IMG/VR virus record: IMGVR_UViG_3300031885_000014
Location: 1 to 60,632 of that record
Source of the DNA: a virus
Taxonomy: Duplodnaviria > Caudoviricetes
DNA: 60,632 nt
Direction: 5' to 3' (one strand)
Under the pieces are notes generated by a model, which was not told the DNA's origin, did no database searches, and was given only the letters and a program-made list of their open reading frames with translations. A program made the translations under genes and the position numbers. Positions 44,624-53,449 of this stretch are shown piece after piece (within the stretch, counting starts at the first letter, position 1; each line of letters opens with the position of its first letter).

Positions 44624-46932
44624 AGTCACTATTCCTCACCGGGTTCGAGTCAGGCGACATAGCCGCAACAGAGATCAGCGCCCACGCCGGCTACGGCGTG
44701 ATAGACTCAGACGGCCCGCGTACTGGCACCTACCATGCCTGGACTACAAACACAGGTGCCAACAGGTATATCACCCTTATCACCGCCCTCGCTGCAACGC
44801 GGGTAAGGGTAGGCTTTGGGCACAAGCGCGATGCCCACCCGACAGCCGAGGCGACGCTGGTAGAGTGCAGGGACGCCAGTGCCAACCCCCTCATTAAGGT
44901 CCAGCTAGAGACCGACGGCACGATAGAGATTGAAGACGCTATCGGCCAGACCTGGGCCACCTCCACGATTGCCCCTACCATCAACGCCTGGCACTACTAT
45001 GAGGTCTTCTTCGAGGTGGGCTACCCCGCCCGCTGCCGCGTATATGTCGATGGCAGCAAGGAGGCGCTGGTCGAGGCGACCCTGGTCGGCGTGGAACTGC
45101 CGAACATCGACCGCATAGTTCTGGGGCCATGCGATCCCGCATCGGGAAGTAGTGAGAATTGGTACTGGGACGATGTAGATGTCGCCATCCAGATAGGTGC
45201 CGACTGGCGGCCGTGGCGTGTGGGCGAGGCGTCCATCCCTGTAAAGCGGCCAATGGCTAACTACTTCAGCAGCGGCAGTTGGTGCGAGCATGGCGGGGGC
45301 GCGGCGACCTATGCCGATTGGGACGACACCGGCCTCGGGGACGATGATGCCACCTATAACTACACCAAGACATCGGTAGGTGTCCTGAGCTTCATCAACG
45401 AGTTCGAGGACCAGGCAACCGATGAAGTGGCCGCTGTCAAGGTAACAGCAAGGGGCAAACTGAATAGCACCAGCACCCCCGGCCGTGGCGAGGCCGCGAT
45501 GATTCGCTCGGGCACCACCGTCAATGTGGCCGGGACGTACGTTGATTACACTTCTGGCTACGCCTACTACCATGACCTATTCATTCGTGGAGCTACCTCC
45601 GCAAGCGCAGCCGAGGACTGGAGCCGTGCCTCCTACAATGAGATGCGGATCGGCATCCGCAAGAATCTCTATCACATTCGAGTGACGCAGGTATTCGCTC
45701 AGCTCCTCGTGATAGCAGCGATAGCACCAAAGTTGTCGCAGCCTATCAGCATGGGGGCCTACAGCTCGATAGGAGTTGACGCATCACTCACCAGGTCTGT
45801 TGAGCACATAGTCAAGACTGTGGTCGCCGAGACCCACGTTATCAATGTCAGAATGACCGCTGGTGTTGCCACTGCTACGGCGAGTGCCCCGGTAGCTGCC
45901 GCGGCCGGTGGTGCAGCCCTCGCGGGTACTACTGCGACAGCAACGGGCACGTCGCCAGCCTCTGCCCTCTCAGGTGGCGCTGGGTTCACTGCCGGAGTTA
46001 CCACCGCTACCGCCACCGCCCCCAGTGCCACGATAGCTGGCGGCGCCGCCCTTGGTGCGGGAGTAGCCACGGCTGACGCGATTTCGCCCGTCGCCGCTCT
46101 CTCTGTTAACGTTTATCTGACTGCAGCCGTCACGATGGCGACTGCCAGCGCGCCCGTCGCCACAGCAATTGGCGGTGCCCTCCTCACGGCAGGAGTTGCC
46201 GCCGCCAGCGCTCAGTCGCCCGCTGCTTCGCTTTCGGAGACTGTGAGCGGAACCTTCCTTGCCGAAGTGGGCACGGCGACAGCGACATCTCCGGCCTCGA
46301 CGGTAACGGGCGGTGCCGCCCTCGTTGGCGTGGTAAACACCGCGTCAGCCGATACGCCAGCAGCAACAGTAACCGGCGGGGCAGCACTAGCAGGGGTGGT
46401 AAGTCTAGCAACGGCCTTCGCGCCCGCCGCCGCCCTTGGCATCAGCGTGACCTTGGCTGCTTCCCCAGCGATCGCTACGGCGACAGCGCCAAGCGCCACC
46501 GCTACGGGGGGGGCCAACCTTACAGCGGGCCTAGCCACTGCGACCGCCCAAGGACCGGCGGCCGTCCTATCGGGTACGGTCTCAGGCACTCTTACCGCTG
46601 TGGTCACTACCGCAACGACCTCAGCCCTCGTTGCGGCCCTCAGTGTCAGCGTGACCCTCACCGCCGTCGTCGCCTCAGCCTCGACCCAGGCACCGGCGGC
46701 AGGCGTAACCGGAGGTGGCAGTCTACTAGTCACGATCAGTCTAGCATCTATTCAGGCCCTGGTCTCCGGTCTCTCGGGTGGTGCGTGCTTGCTCGCCGGC
46801 ACCGCTCTAGCTACAGCCCTGGCACCAGCGGCGACAATCGAGGGGGCGATAGTTGGTGGACATCCGTACTATCTCGGGAAGGACCCCTGGAGCAGTCTTG
46901 GACTCGGCGTGCAAAAACATACCTATAGTTAG
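44620..46932 (+). CDS. tail fibre-like protein: LamG-like N-terminus plus Ala/Thr-rich repeats
   Basis: GFESGD, NAWHYYEV, RVYVDG, YWDDV; then many 22-24 aa repeats of type LTAGVATATA.AP.A...GGA. Confidence 0.6.
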   Translation: MKSLFLTGFESGDIAATEISAHAGYGVIDSDGPRTGTYHAWTTNTGANRYITLITALAATRVRVGFGHKRDAHPTAEATLVECRDASANPLIKVQLETDGTIEIEDAIGQTWATSTIAPTINAWHYYEVFFEVGYPARCRVYVDGSKEALVEATLVGVELPNIDRIVLGPCDPASGSSENWYWDDVDVAIQIGADWRPWRVGEASIPVKRPMANYFSSGSWCEHGGGAATYADWDDTGLGDDDATYNYTKTSVGVLSFINEFEDQATDEVAAVKVTARGKLNSTSTPGRGEAAMIRSGTTVNVAGTYVDYTSGYAYYHDLFIRGATSASAAEDWSRASYNEMRIGIRKNLYHIRVTQVFAQLLVIAAIAPKLSQPISMGAYSSIGVDASLTRSVEHIVKTVVAETHVINVRMTAGVATATASAPVAAAAGGAALAGTTATATGTSPASALSGGAGFTAGVTTATATAPSATIAGGAALGAGVATADAISPVAALSVNVYLTAAVTMATASAPVATAIGGALLTAGVAAASAQSPAASLSETVSGTFLAEVGTATATSPASTVTGGAALVGVVNTASADTPAATVTGGAALAGVVSLATAFAPAAALGISVTLAASPAIATATAPSATATGGANLTAGLATATAQGPAAVLSGTVSGTLTAVVTTATTSALVAALSVSVTLTAVVASASTQAPAAGVTGGGSLLVTISLASIQALVSGLSGGACLLAGTALATALAPAATIEGAIVGGHPYYLGKDPWSSLGLGVQKHTYS

Positions 46933-46945
46933 GAGGTGATGGGCG

Positions 46946-47524
46946 ATGACCAACAACCTCATACGGTCGGCCCGCCGAGTTCCGCCTCCTCGTTACCGGC
47001 GGACCCAAGGGATTCCGCGAGCAATGGGCCCACATCGCCGTGCCCTCAGGCGAATGGGAATCGATGTCTGGCTCGTCAACAGGCCAGGGCGGGCGCCGAC
47101 GCTGGTGGGCGGGCGATATGACACCAGCGTGGGGGCGATGGCGAATGATGCTCTCACGGCCGCCGCCCTGAAGACTGACGCGGTGACCGAGATCCAGGGC
47201 GGACTCGCCGTCGCCGGGGAAGCCGCGGCTGCCCTGGCCTCCTATGATGGCCCGACTGACGCGGAGATGCTTGCGGCGCTTGCCGCTCTCAACGACCTCT
47301 CGGCCGCCGAAGTCAACGCTGAGGTGGACGCCGCCCTGGTAGGGTATGACGGGCCCACCGATGCCGAGATGTTGGCGGCGTTCGCAGCCCTAGAGAACCT
47401 ATCGGCTGCCGCCGCTGCCGACGCCGTCTGGGATGAGCTGATCTCGGAGGCGAGGCCGGCCAATTCCTTCGGCCAGAAGTTCCGCCAGCTATTGGCGCTA
47501 GTCACGCGAGGCGCGTTTAGGTAG
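46946..47524 (+). CDS. hypothetical virion-associated protein with internal duplication
   Basis: AGGAGGTG RBS; YDGPTDAEMLAA.AAL..LSAA occurs twice; ADAVWDE motif. Confidence 0.6.
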   Translation: MTNNLIRSARRVPPPRYRRTQGIPRAMGPHRRALRRMGIDVWLVNRPGRAPTLVGGRYDTSVGAMANDALTAAALKTDAVTEIQGGLAVAGEAAAALASYDGPTDAEMLAALAALNDLSAAEVNAEVDAALVGYDGPTDAEMLAAFAALENLSAAAAADAVWDELISEARPANSFGQKFRQLLALVTRGAFR

Positions 47525-47534
47525 GGGGTAAGAC

Positions 47535-47600
47535 ATGGAGATCGCAGCAATCGTCCTGACAGTGGTGCTCCTACTCATTCTTGGGGGTAGCCGAGGATGA
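47535..47600 (+). CDS. 21-aa single-TM peptide upstream of holin
   Basis: MEIAAIVLTVVLLLILGGSRG; AGGGGG RBS; ATGA overlap with holin. Confidence 0.5.
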   Translation: MEIAAIVLTVVLLLILGGSRG

Positions 47601-47806
47601 CGGCAGAGGAGAAGTGCAAGTTCGTGATGGCGTTCCTGGTGTTCGCCGCTGGCATAGTCGGCCTCTTCTGTGGCTATCCGGGGATTGAGAACAGCGGGCA
47701 AGTCCTCTGGATCGCCGTGGGCCTGATAATCGCCGGCGCCGGTGCCGTCGGGATCAAGATCCCGTCGTTAATAAGGCGGAACGGCAACAATGAGGGCAAC
47801 GCCTGA
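47597..47806 (+). CDS. putative holin (2 TM)
   Basis: Two hydrophobic helices, charged tail, precedes lysin. Confidence 0.6.
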   Translation: MTAEEKCKFVMAFLVFAAGIVGLFCGYPGIENSGQVLWIAVGLIIAGAGAVGIKIPSLIRRNGNNEGNA

Positions 47807-47900
47807 ACCTTGGCACCCGCCGCATTTCAGCACGGATCTCAGCGATCATAACCTGTTCAGCCCGGCTGGCTGCGACCGTCGGGCCGGAAGGAGCCGCATA

Positions 47901-48767
47901 ATGAAACTCGCAGGCCGCTGGGCCTGGTGGAACGAGAACTCCGACCGTTCCTTCAATCTTGACCTGTGCGTGCGCCGGGCGAAGGATGCTCGGCTGGTGG
48001 GCGCGATCATCAAGTGGGGCTATCCCAAGACTGAACAAGCCTTCACCGCAGCAGGAATCCCGTGGGCGGTGGAGAGATACGTCAAGTATTCCCAACCGGA
48101 AGTCGAGGGGCAACGCCTCGCCAACGCTGTCGGCGTTGGGGCCGTCGCTGCCATCATCAACGCCGAAGAGGGTGGCGACGAGCAGACCGGGGGCCACTGG
48201 GAACGTGATACCGACGGCCAGGCGATGCGCACCCTCATAGCGACCTTTCGCCAGCGGTGCCCGGATATCGAACTCTATGCCTCAGTGGACACCCGGGGGG
48301 ATCGCCTCAATGATCCCTACCAGCGGGTGCTTGCCCAGCACATCGCGGGGTGGCTGCCAATGGTATACCCCCTGGCCTTCCGCCCGAACAGGCCCTCGGG
48401 TTTCGTCACCCGCGCCTTCGCCGACTGCCTGGACGGCAAGGACTTCGGGGGTATCCCTGTCCTGCCCACGATTCAGACCTACGACGGGATCGGTAAGCAG
48501 GCGGTCGTCGACGAACTCGCTGAGGTCAAGCGCCGTGGACTTCCGGGCTGTCAAGCCTACACAATCCCGCACGCCACCGATGAAGAGTGGGCGGAGTTCG
48601 CCAAGGAGGCACTGGTGATACCGACACCAACGAGCACCTGGGACGAGGACAAGAAGGCGCTGGACATCTACAAGATGCTGTGGGACTTGAACAAGGTGCT
48701 GGCAGCGGGCGACCTACAGTTACTCGCCAACAAGTTGGCAAGGGTGGGCGTGAGGGCGACGGTGTAG
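47901..48767 (+). CDS. putative endolysin, glycoside-hydrolase TIM-barrel type
   Basis: AAGGAG RBS; alternating beta/alpha pattern with AIIK, IINAE, PMVY; follows holin. Confidence 0.55.
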   Translation: MKLAGRWAWWNENSDRSFNLDLCVRRAKDARLVGAIIKWGYPKTEQAFTAAGIPWAVERYVKYSQPEVEGQRLANAVGVGAVAAIINAEEGGDEQTGGHWERDTDGQAMRTLIATFRQRCPDIELYASVDTRGDRLNDPYQRVLAQHIAGWLPMVYPLAFRPNRPSGFVTRAFADCLDGKDFGGIPVLPTIQTYDGIGKQAVVDELAEVKRRGLPGCQAYTIPHATDEEWAEFAKEALVIPTPTSTWDEDKKALDIYKMLWDLNKVLAAGDLQLLANKLARVGVRATV

Positions 48768-48967
48768 GGGCAAGCATTTTGAGTCTACTGGCGCCCATAC
48801 TCGACATCGTTAGATTCAAGTCAGGCGCTAACGTAGCAAAAGTGAATCTGCCAGGCATGGCGCCGATGGTCGAGATGAGGCCAGCGTGACTCATTCGGCG
48901 CAATAGGCCGAAGCTGGATATGAAATGATTTGAACCATGTTGCGACATGATGACGGAGGTGCCGGCC

Positions 48968-49331
48968 ATGCCGGAAGGGGATAAACCTACCCCAGGGTTA
49001 CCACCTGATCGCCAACGGCGTCGGCGTCTCCTGTCGCGCCGGCGACATCGCCCGTTTCCTCCTGCGCGCCCGGCTCCTTACCGGGCTCCACAAAATCGCC
49101 CCGCCTCTCATCTCCGAGGCCCACGGTCAGGGCCTTGTCCTGATCGCCGAGTCTCACGTCGCCATCGCCGTACACGGGAGCCAGGGATATGCCGACTGTT
49201 TCAGTTGCCAGCCGTTCAAGACCCGCCCCATGCTCGTGGCTCTCAGGAGCATCTTCGGCGGCCGCTGGCGGTGGGGCATGTTCAGGCGGTCCGTCGCACC
49301 CGCCGAGCCTCCTGTGGTATCCTACCCTTGA
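48968..49331 (+). CDS. speD: S-adenosylmethionine decarboxylase proenzyme-like (SpeD/SpeH); needs +1 frameshift or non-canonical start
   Basis: Frame 48981-49331 reads INLPQGYHLIA...GLVLIAE|SHVAI...GYADCFSCQPF. The RBS-supported ATG at 48968 is one base out of frame. Confidence 0.7.
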
Positions 49332-49343
49332 GGCTGTCCAGCA

Positions 49344-49865
49344 ATGGTGTCGGCTACGGTCGAGGCTCTGCTTTTCGCGCCTGAGGTCCAGGGGATGCTC
49401 GAGGCTGTGGCACACAGGGCTGGCATCGCGGACGGGGTGGGCATCCTCGATGCGGACGATGTGGCGAGCGAACTCCAGGAGAAGGCCCTGAAGGCTGCGG
49501 TCGCCTTTGATGCCACCCGCGGCTTCAAGTTCACCACATACCTCTGGCCCCTTGTCTGGGGCAAGGCCGTCGACCTCCGGCGCCGCTATGGACGGCAGGA
49601 TCGCAGCGGGCATAGTCGCCCGGTGGAATTGCCGATCCTGGATGAGGCGCTGGAACTCGCGCAGCCAATATCAGGTGGACTCGATCTGCCCGATATGATC
49701 CGCCAACTCCCACTGCGCGAACGTGCCGCCTTCCTGCTGAGGGAAATCGGCGGCGTCTCTGCCGGCGAGATCGGCGAGATATTCTTCCTCAGCGACGGCA
49801 AGACGAAGGCGCTACGGCGCCAGGCTGTGCGGCGCCTCCGTGTCGCTGCGGAACGGCCGCGATGA
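49344..49865 (+). CDS. sigma-70 family RNA polymerase sigma factor
   Basis: Region 2 LKAAVAFDATRGFKFTTYL; region 4 LPLRER..FLLR..G.S..EIGE...S. Confidence 0.88.
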   Translation: MVSATVEALLFAPEVQGMLEAVAHRAGIADGVGILDADDVASELQEKALKAAVAFDATRGFKFTTYLWPLVWGKAVDLRRRYGRQDRSGHSRPVELPILDEALELAQPISGGLDLPDMIRQLPLRERAAFLLREIGGVSAGEIGEIFFLSDGKTKALRRQAVRRLRVAAERPR

Positions 49866-50056
49866 CTTCGCTCTTCTACCGAGGGGCGACCCGGCGCGTC
49901 ATCATTGGCCCCCAGACCGGCATCGAGTACGCCTGCGAGCCGCGCTCGTTCCTCCAGGTAGATGATGACGATGTCGGCCAACTTCTGAGGATGCCGAAGG
50001 GCAGGTGCGGTTGCGGCCATCTCTTCCAGCGCCGGTCCCCACGGGGCATCCGCTAA
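49862..50056 (+). CDS. small hypothetical protein, similar to 18302-18508
   Basis: ATGA overlap with sigma gene; shared motif. Confidence 0.6.
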   Translation: MTSLFYRGATRRVIIGPQTGIEYACEPRSFLQVDDDDVGQLLRMPKGRCGCGHLFQRRSPRGIR

Positions 50057-50068
50057 CACCCACACGAA

Positions 50069-50926
50069 CTAGAGCCGATCCCCCAGGTTCAATGCCCGCT
50101 GCTGGTCAAGGGCCCGCGTCGCCGCTGTCCAGCCGGCATAATGCGCCGTCATAGTGATCGTCGAATGCCCCATGAGCACCTGAAGGGCCCCCAGGTCGCC
50201 GCCGGCGCTTAGGAAGGCGTTGGCAAACGTGATCCTGAATCGATGACTGCCGACCGGCGCCACCCCGGCGCGATCCCCTAGCGTGCGGAGCATGTCCCTG
50301 ACTAGCACCCGCTTCATGGGTTCGCCGTACTGGGTGAGCCAGAGACAACCCCTGCGGCCGTTCACCTCTTGCCTCAGAGCCTCCAGGACGGTAGGACCTA
50401 GCGCCACCAGCCTCTCCTTTGAACCCTTGCCCCGAATCAATACCGTCCCCTCCTCCCAGTCCACATCGCGGGCCTCCATGCCCAGCATCTCCGAGACCCT
50501 TATTCCTGTGGAGGCGAGCACCAGGACGATGGCATGGTCCCTATCATTGAGACAGGCAGCCAGGAGGAGGCGGAGCTGGTCGATGGTGAACGGCCGCTTG
50601 GGTTGGCACTTCGGGAGCTTGATGCGAATGTCGGCGCTGGGATCATCCTCCCGCCAGCCCTGAGCGCGGCAGAAGGCGAACCAGGATCGCAGGGAGTGAA
50701 GCCGGCTCCGGGCCGTCACCTGGGCGACAGCAGCCAGTTGCTCGGCCAGGTAGGAGGCGACCGCCTCATGGCAGGCGCGGGTAGGGGAGATGTGATGCTT
50801 GAGCGCCCAGGCGGCGAACAGTCGCATGTTGCAGACGCGGAGTTGGACGGTCTCAGGCGAGTAGCCGGTGGTCAGGAGATAGAGTCGGAACGGTCCTTCG
50901 AGTCCGGCCCATCTGTGGGCGGACAC
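50069..50926 (-). CDS. int: tyrosine recombinase / integrase (XerC/D-like)
   Basis: TGIRVSE, GKGSKER, HRFR, LMGH, AHY catalytic residues; AAGGAGG RBS. Confidence 0.92.
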   Translation of the reverse strand: MSAHRWAGLEGPFRLYLLTTGYSPETVQLRVCNMRLFAAWALKHHISPTRACHEAVASYLAEQLAAVAQVTARSRLHSLRSWFAFCRAQGWREDDPSADIRIKLPKCQPKRPFTIDQLRLLLAACLNDRDHAIVLVLASTGIRVSEMLGMEARDVDWEEGTVLIRGKGSKERLVALGPTVLEALRQEVNGRRGCLWLTQYGEPMKRVLVRDMLRTLGDRAGVAPVGSHRFRITFANAFLSAGGDLGALQVLMGHSTITMTAHYAGWTAATRALDQQRALNLGDRL

Positions 50927-51195
50927 GGGGAGCCTCCTTGAGGCGGGGTGTTGCCATTAGCGGGGCTCTTACCGTTGGCATTGGCGGCGGCTTCGAGCAG
51001 TGTGTCCAGGGGAATGTCCAGTCCGCGGCTGATGCCCAGGAGCACGGTGGCACCGGGGTCCTTGGACTTGCCCCTCTCTATGTCCTGTACGTTCCACGGG
51101 CGCAGGCCACACTTCTCCGCCGCTCCGTCATACGTCAGGGGCGGGTCATGCGCCAACCGCGCTCGCCGTACCAGATCTCCGAGTGCTGTACTCAC
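50872..51195 (-). CDS. XRE-family HTH repressor
   Basis: LVRRAR....LT...AAEKCGL....VQDIERG....P....L..IS..L; probable GTG start at 51195. Confidence 0.85.
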   Translation of the reverse strand: MSTALGDLVRRARLAHDPPLTYDGAAEKCGLRPWNVQDIERGKSKDPGATVLLGISRGLDIPLDTLLEAAANANGKSPANGNTPPQGGSPCPPTDGPDSKDRSDSIS

Positions 51196-51205
51196 TTCAG
51201 ATAAT

Positions 51206-51316
51206 ACGATAGGCCAACCGCGTCGCCCTGTCAAGGATGAATCCTATCTTTCTTGGCCGATCGGGCCAATTTGCCCCCGCAACCTATTGACAGGAAGCTA
51301 GGACGTGTCCTATCAT
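51206..51316. promoter_or_regulatory. divergent promoters with two 14-bp palindromic operators
   Basis: Minus strand: TTGACA(51234-51229)-17-TATCGT. Plus strand: TTGACA(51287)-18-TATCAT(51311). Palindromes AAGGATGAATCCTA (51233) and TAGGACGTGTCCTA (51299). Confidence 0.75.
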
Positions 51317-51393
51317 GCCCCTGTGAGCTGGTGGCCCCGGTCGCACGGAAGCGGCCTGAGAAGGGCGGGGCCACCGGGCTCCATGAGGTAGAC

Positions 51394-52215
51394 ATGACGG
51401 ACCTCGCCACCCCTACACTTCCTGCTTCAGTGCCTCCCCCTTCAGAGAAATGGAGTCCCACGTTAACGGGTGAGGCCGCCGAAATAGAGGTTTCTCCATC
51501 CTCTGTGGCTCCTGCCCTGGAGCGCCCGTCCGGCCTGCCCCTGGCTTCCTCGCCACCAGCACCAGGGGTAGGCCAAGGGCGGGCACCCACAAGCCATGCC
51601 ACCGTACTTCCCATGTTCTCCCCGGCGGCACAGCAACCGACGAAGCGGTATCGGACGATAGTGGCCGACCCGCCGTGGAACTACCGCCAGAAGTGGGGCG
51701 GCAAGGAATTGACCTCCTCCTTCTTCAAAGGGGGAACGGAGCGAGGGGCTGCCTGTTTCTATCCCTGTATGACACAAGAGGAACTGCTGAACCTGCCTGT
51801 GGGGCTGTGGGCTATGGACAACGCCCACCTTTACCTGTGGGTGACTAACGCCTTCATGGTGCAAGGCCACGAGATCGCCAGAGCCTGGGGGTTCGAAGTC
51901 AAGACGATCATCACCTGGTGCAAGAATCAACTTGGTATGGGGATGTGGTATCGCAACACGACCGAGCACATCCTCTTCGCTGTACGCGGCTCGCTGAAGT
52001 GTCTTCACAAGGATGTGCCCACGCACTTTATGGCGGAACGTCACGGCCACTCCGAGAAGCCAGCGGCCTTCTATGACATGGTGCAGCACATGAGCCTTGG
52101 CCCCTACCTGGATGTGTTCGCCCGCAAGCAAAGATTCAACTGGGATTGCTGGGGTGATGAAGCCTACTGCTTCGACGATGGTCACGCCTATTGGCATGAC
52201 AAGGGGACGGCATGA
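51394..52215 (+). CDS. MT-A70 family adenine methyltransferase
   Basis: YRTIVADPPW, HLYLWVTN, AWGF, TEHILF, HSEKP, DVFAR; start may be 51613. Confidence 0.9.
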   Translation: MTDLATPTLPASVPPPSEKWSPTLTGEAAEIEVSPSSVAPALERPSGLPLASSPPAPGVGQGRAPTSHATVLPMFSPAAQQPTKRYRTIVADPPWNYRQKWGGKELTSSFFKGGTERGAACFYPCMTQEELLNLPVGLWAMDNAHLYLWVTNAFMVQGHEIARAWGFEVKTIITWCKNQLGMGMWYRNTTEHILFAVRGSLKCLHKDVPTHFMAERHGHSEKPAAFYDMVQHMSLGPYLDVFARKQRFNWDCWGDEAYCFDDGHAYWHDKGTA

Positions 52216-52397
52216 AGGCCGAGATCGAACAAGAACGGACCCTCGGCGGGAAAGTGAAGCCCGATCGATATGAAATCGTGCTCTCAGAGGATGGGGTCAA
52301 GGGCCTTCAGTATCTACGCCTCTCGGGCAAAGAGTTGGACGCCATCACCGAAGCCTGGGCCGCGAAGGGGCGGCTGGCACAGGAGGTACTTCTGTGA
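52212..52397 (+). CDS. hypothetical protein
   Basis: ATGA-coupled ORF. Confidence 0.55.
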   Translation: MKAEIEQERTLGGKVKPDRYEIVLSEDGVKGLQYLRLSGKELDAITEAWAAKGRLAQEVLL

Positions 52398-52639
52398 ACC
52401 ACGCCGCGCACGTCCTGGCGAACATGGCGGGCGAGGGGCCGCTGTCCTGCAAGGACGCGGGATGCGAGGGCTCTCGGGCGGAACCCTGGCCCCGGTGCCC
52501 CCGGTGTACGGCCCTACTGATCCGTGACGTAGGCGGTGACGCTTGCTGTTACGTTTGCGGTTGCGTTGTCTACGGCACGGCGCCCAATGAACGGAAACCA
52601 ATGGCCCGTCCCCCCAAGTGCGGGAGGGTGGTGCTGTGA
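52394..52639 (+). CDS. zinc-ribbon hypothetical protein
   Basis: CPRC...C..CG; AGGAGGT RBS. Confidence 0.55.
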   Translation: MNHAAHVLANMAGEGPLSCKDAGCEGSRAEPWPRCPRCTALLIRDVGGDACCYVCGCVVYGTAPNERKPMARPPKCGRVVL

Positions 52640-52806
52640 GTCCCCGTGACGTGAAGACGGCGGTGGTGACGACGGCGTTCATGGGCATCCTTGTTGGCGC
52701 GGTTGCCTTTGCCCTTGGAGGCCCCTGGAGTGTTGCTGGCTGGCTGACCGTTTTCGGCCTCTGGCTGTTCTGGGATCAGGCGAGGCGAGAGAGGAGAGCC
52801 CCATGA
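52636..52806 (+). CDS. small 2-TM membrane protein
   Basis: Hydrophobic; coupled to neighbours. Confidence 0.5.
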   Translation: MSPRDVKTAVVTTAFMGILVGAVAFALGGPWSVAGWLTVFGLWLFWDQARRERRAP

Positions 52807-53009
52807 TCATCCGCCCCGGCCAATGCGACCTTTGTTGCGAGAAGACATCCTACGTCGCCGTCCTGGTGGGCAGCAATGAGCGCGGCCCCCTCGATGTCTG
52901 CGCCTCCTGCCTGGAAGAGGCCCGCGAGGAGATCCGCCAGCAGGCAAGGGCGAACTGGACCGGCCGCGGCGACGCCTGCATTGACTTGGACGCGGCGAGG
53001 GCACTATGA
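52803..53009 (+). CDS. zinc-finger hypothetical protein
   Basis: CDLC...VCASCL. Confidence 0.55.
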   Translation: MIIRPGQCDLCCEKTSYVAVLVGSNERGPLDVCASCLEEAREEIRQQARANWTGRGDACIDLDAARAL

Positions 53010-53449
53010 CCACGCGACACTACCAGGGCACGGTTGTTCCTGAGTCGAAGTCCCTCCTAGATATCGAGTATCTCCTGCGCCTGCACGGGGTTCAGACTGT
53101 GCGCTGGACAACGGGCGTGGATCTGATCCGCATCGAGTTTGCCTGGCCCTATCAAGGGCAGGAGCTCGCCTTCCGCATCGACCTGGCGGTGCCAGCCAAG
53201 GATCGGGACGGCTACGGCTTGACAGGGGCCAAGCGCGATCAGGAGCGGCGCCGCCTGCTACGGGTACTGGTGAATCACATCAAGGCAAAGCTGGTGGCCG
53301 TAGAGGATGGGCTCATTGACTTGGAGCGGGAGTTCCTGGCCTACATGATCGGGCAGGGGAACCAAACGATGGGTGAGCGATTGACCGAACAGTTGGCGAG
53401 CGGGCACCTGCCGGAAACCTATCCGCTCCTAGAGGGGCCACGAACATGA
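53006..53449 (+). CDS. conserved phage hypothetical protein
   Basis: S...I..LL..HG...R.L...IKAKL.AVE.G....E.EFL pattern. Confidence 0.7.
   Translation: MTTRHYQGTVVPESKSLLDIEYLLRLHGVQTVRWTTGVDLIRIEFAWPYQGQELAFRIDLAVPAKDRDGYGLTGAKRDQERRRLLRVLVNHIKAKLVAVEDGLIDLEREFLAYMIGQGNQTMGERLTEQLASGHLPETYPLLEGPRT

Noticed and set aside
35357-46932. Diversity-generating retroelement acting on tail genes
   Set aside because: No reverse transcriptase and no template/variable repeat pair seen
48770-48950. attP or tRNA fragment in the lower-GC gap after the lysin
   Set aside because: GATTCAAGTC resembles a T loop but lacks a proper stem; no att core can be identified without the host sequence
48947-49384. 145-aa Arg/Pro-rich ORF from the track
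   Set aside because: Wrong-frame reading of the SpeD-like gene; only its first codons may be used
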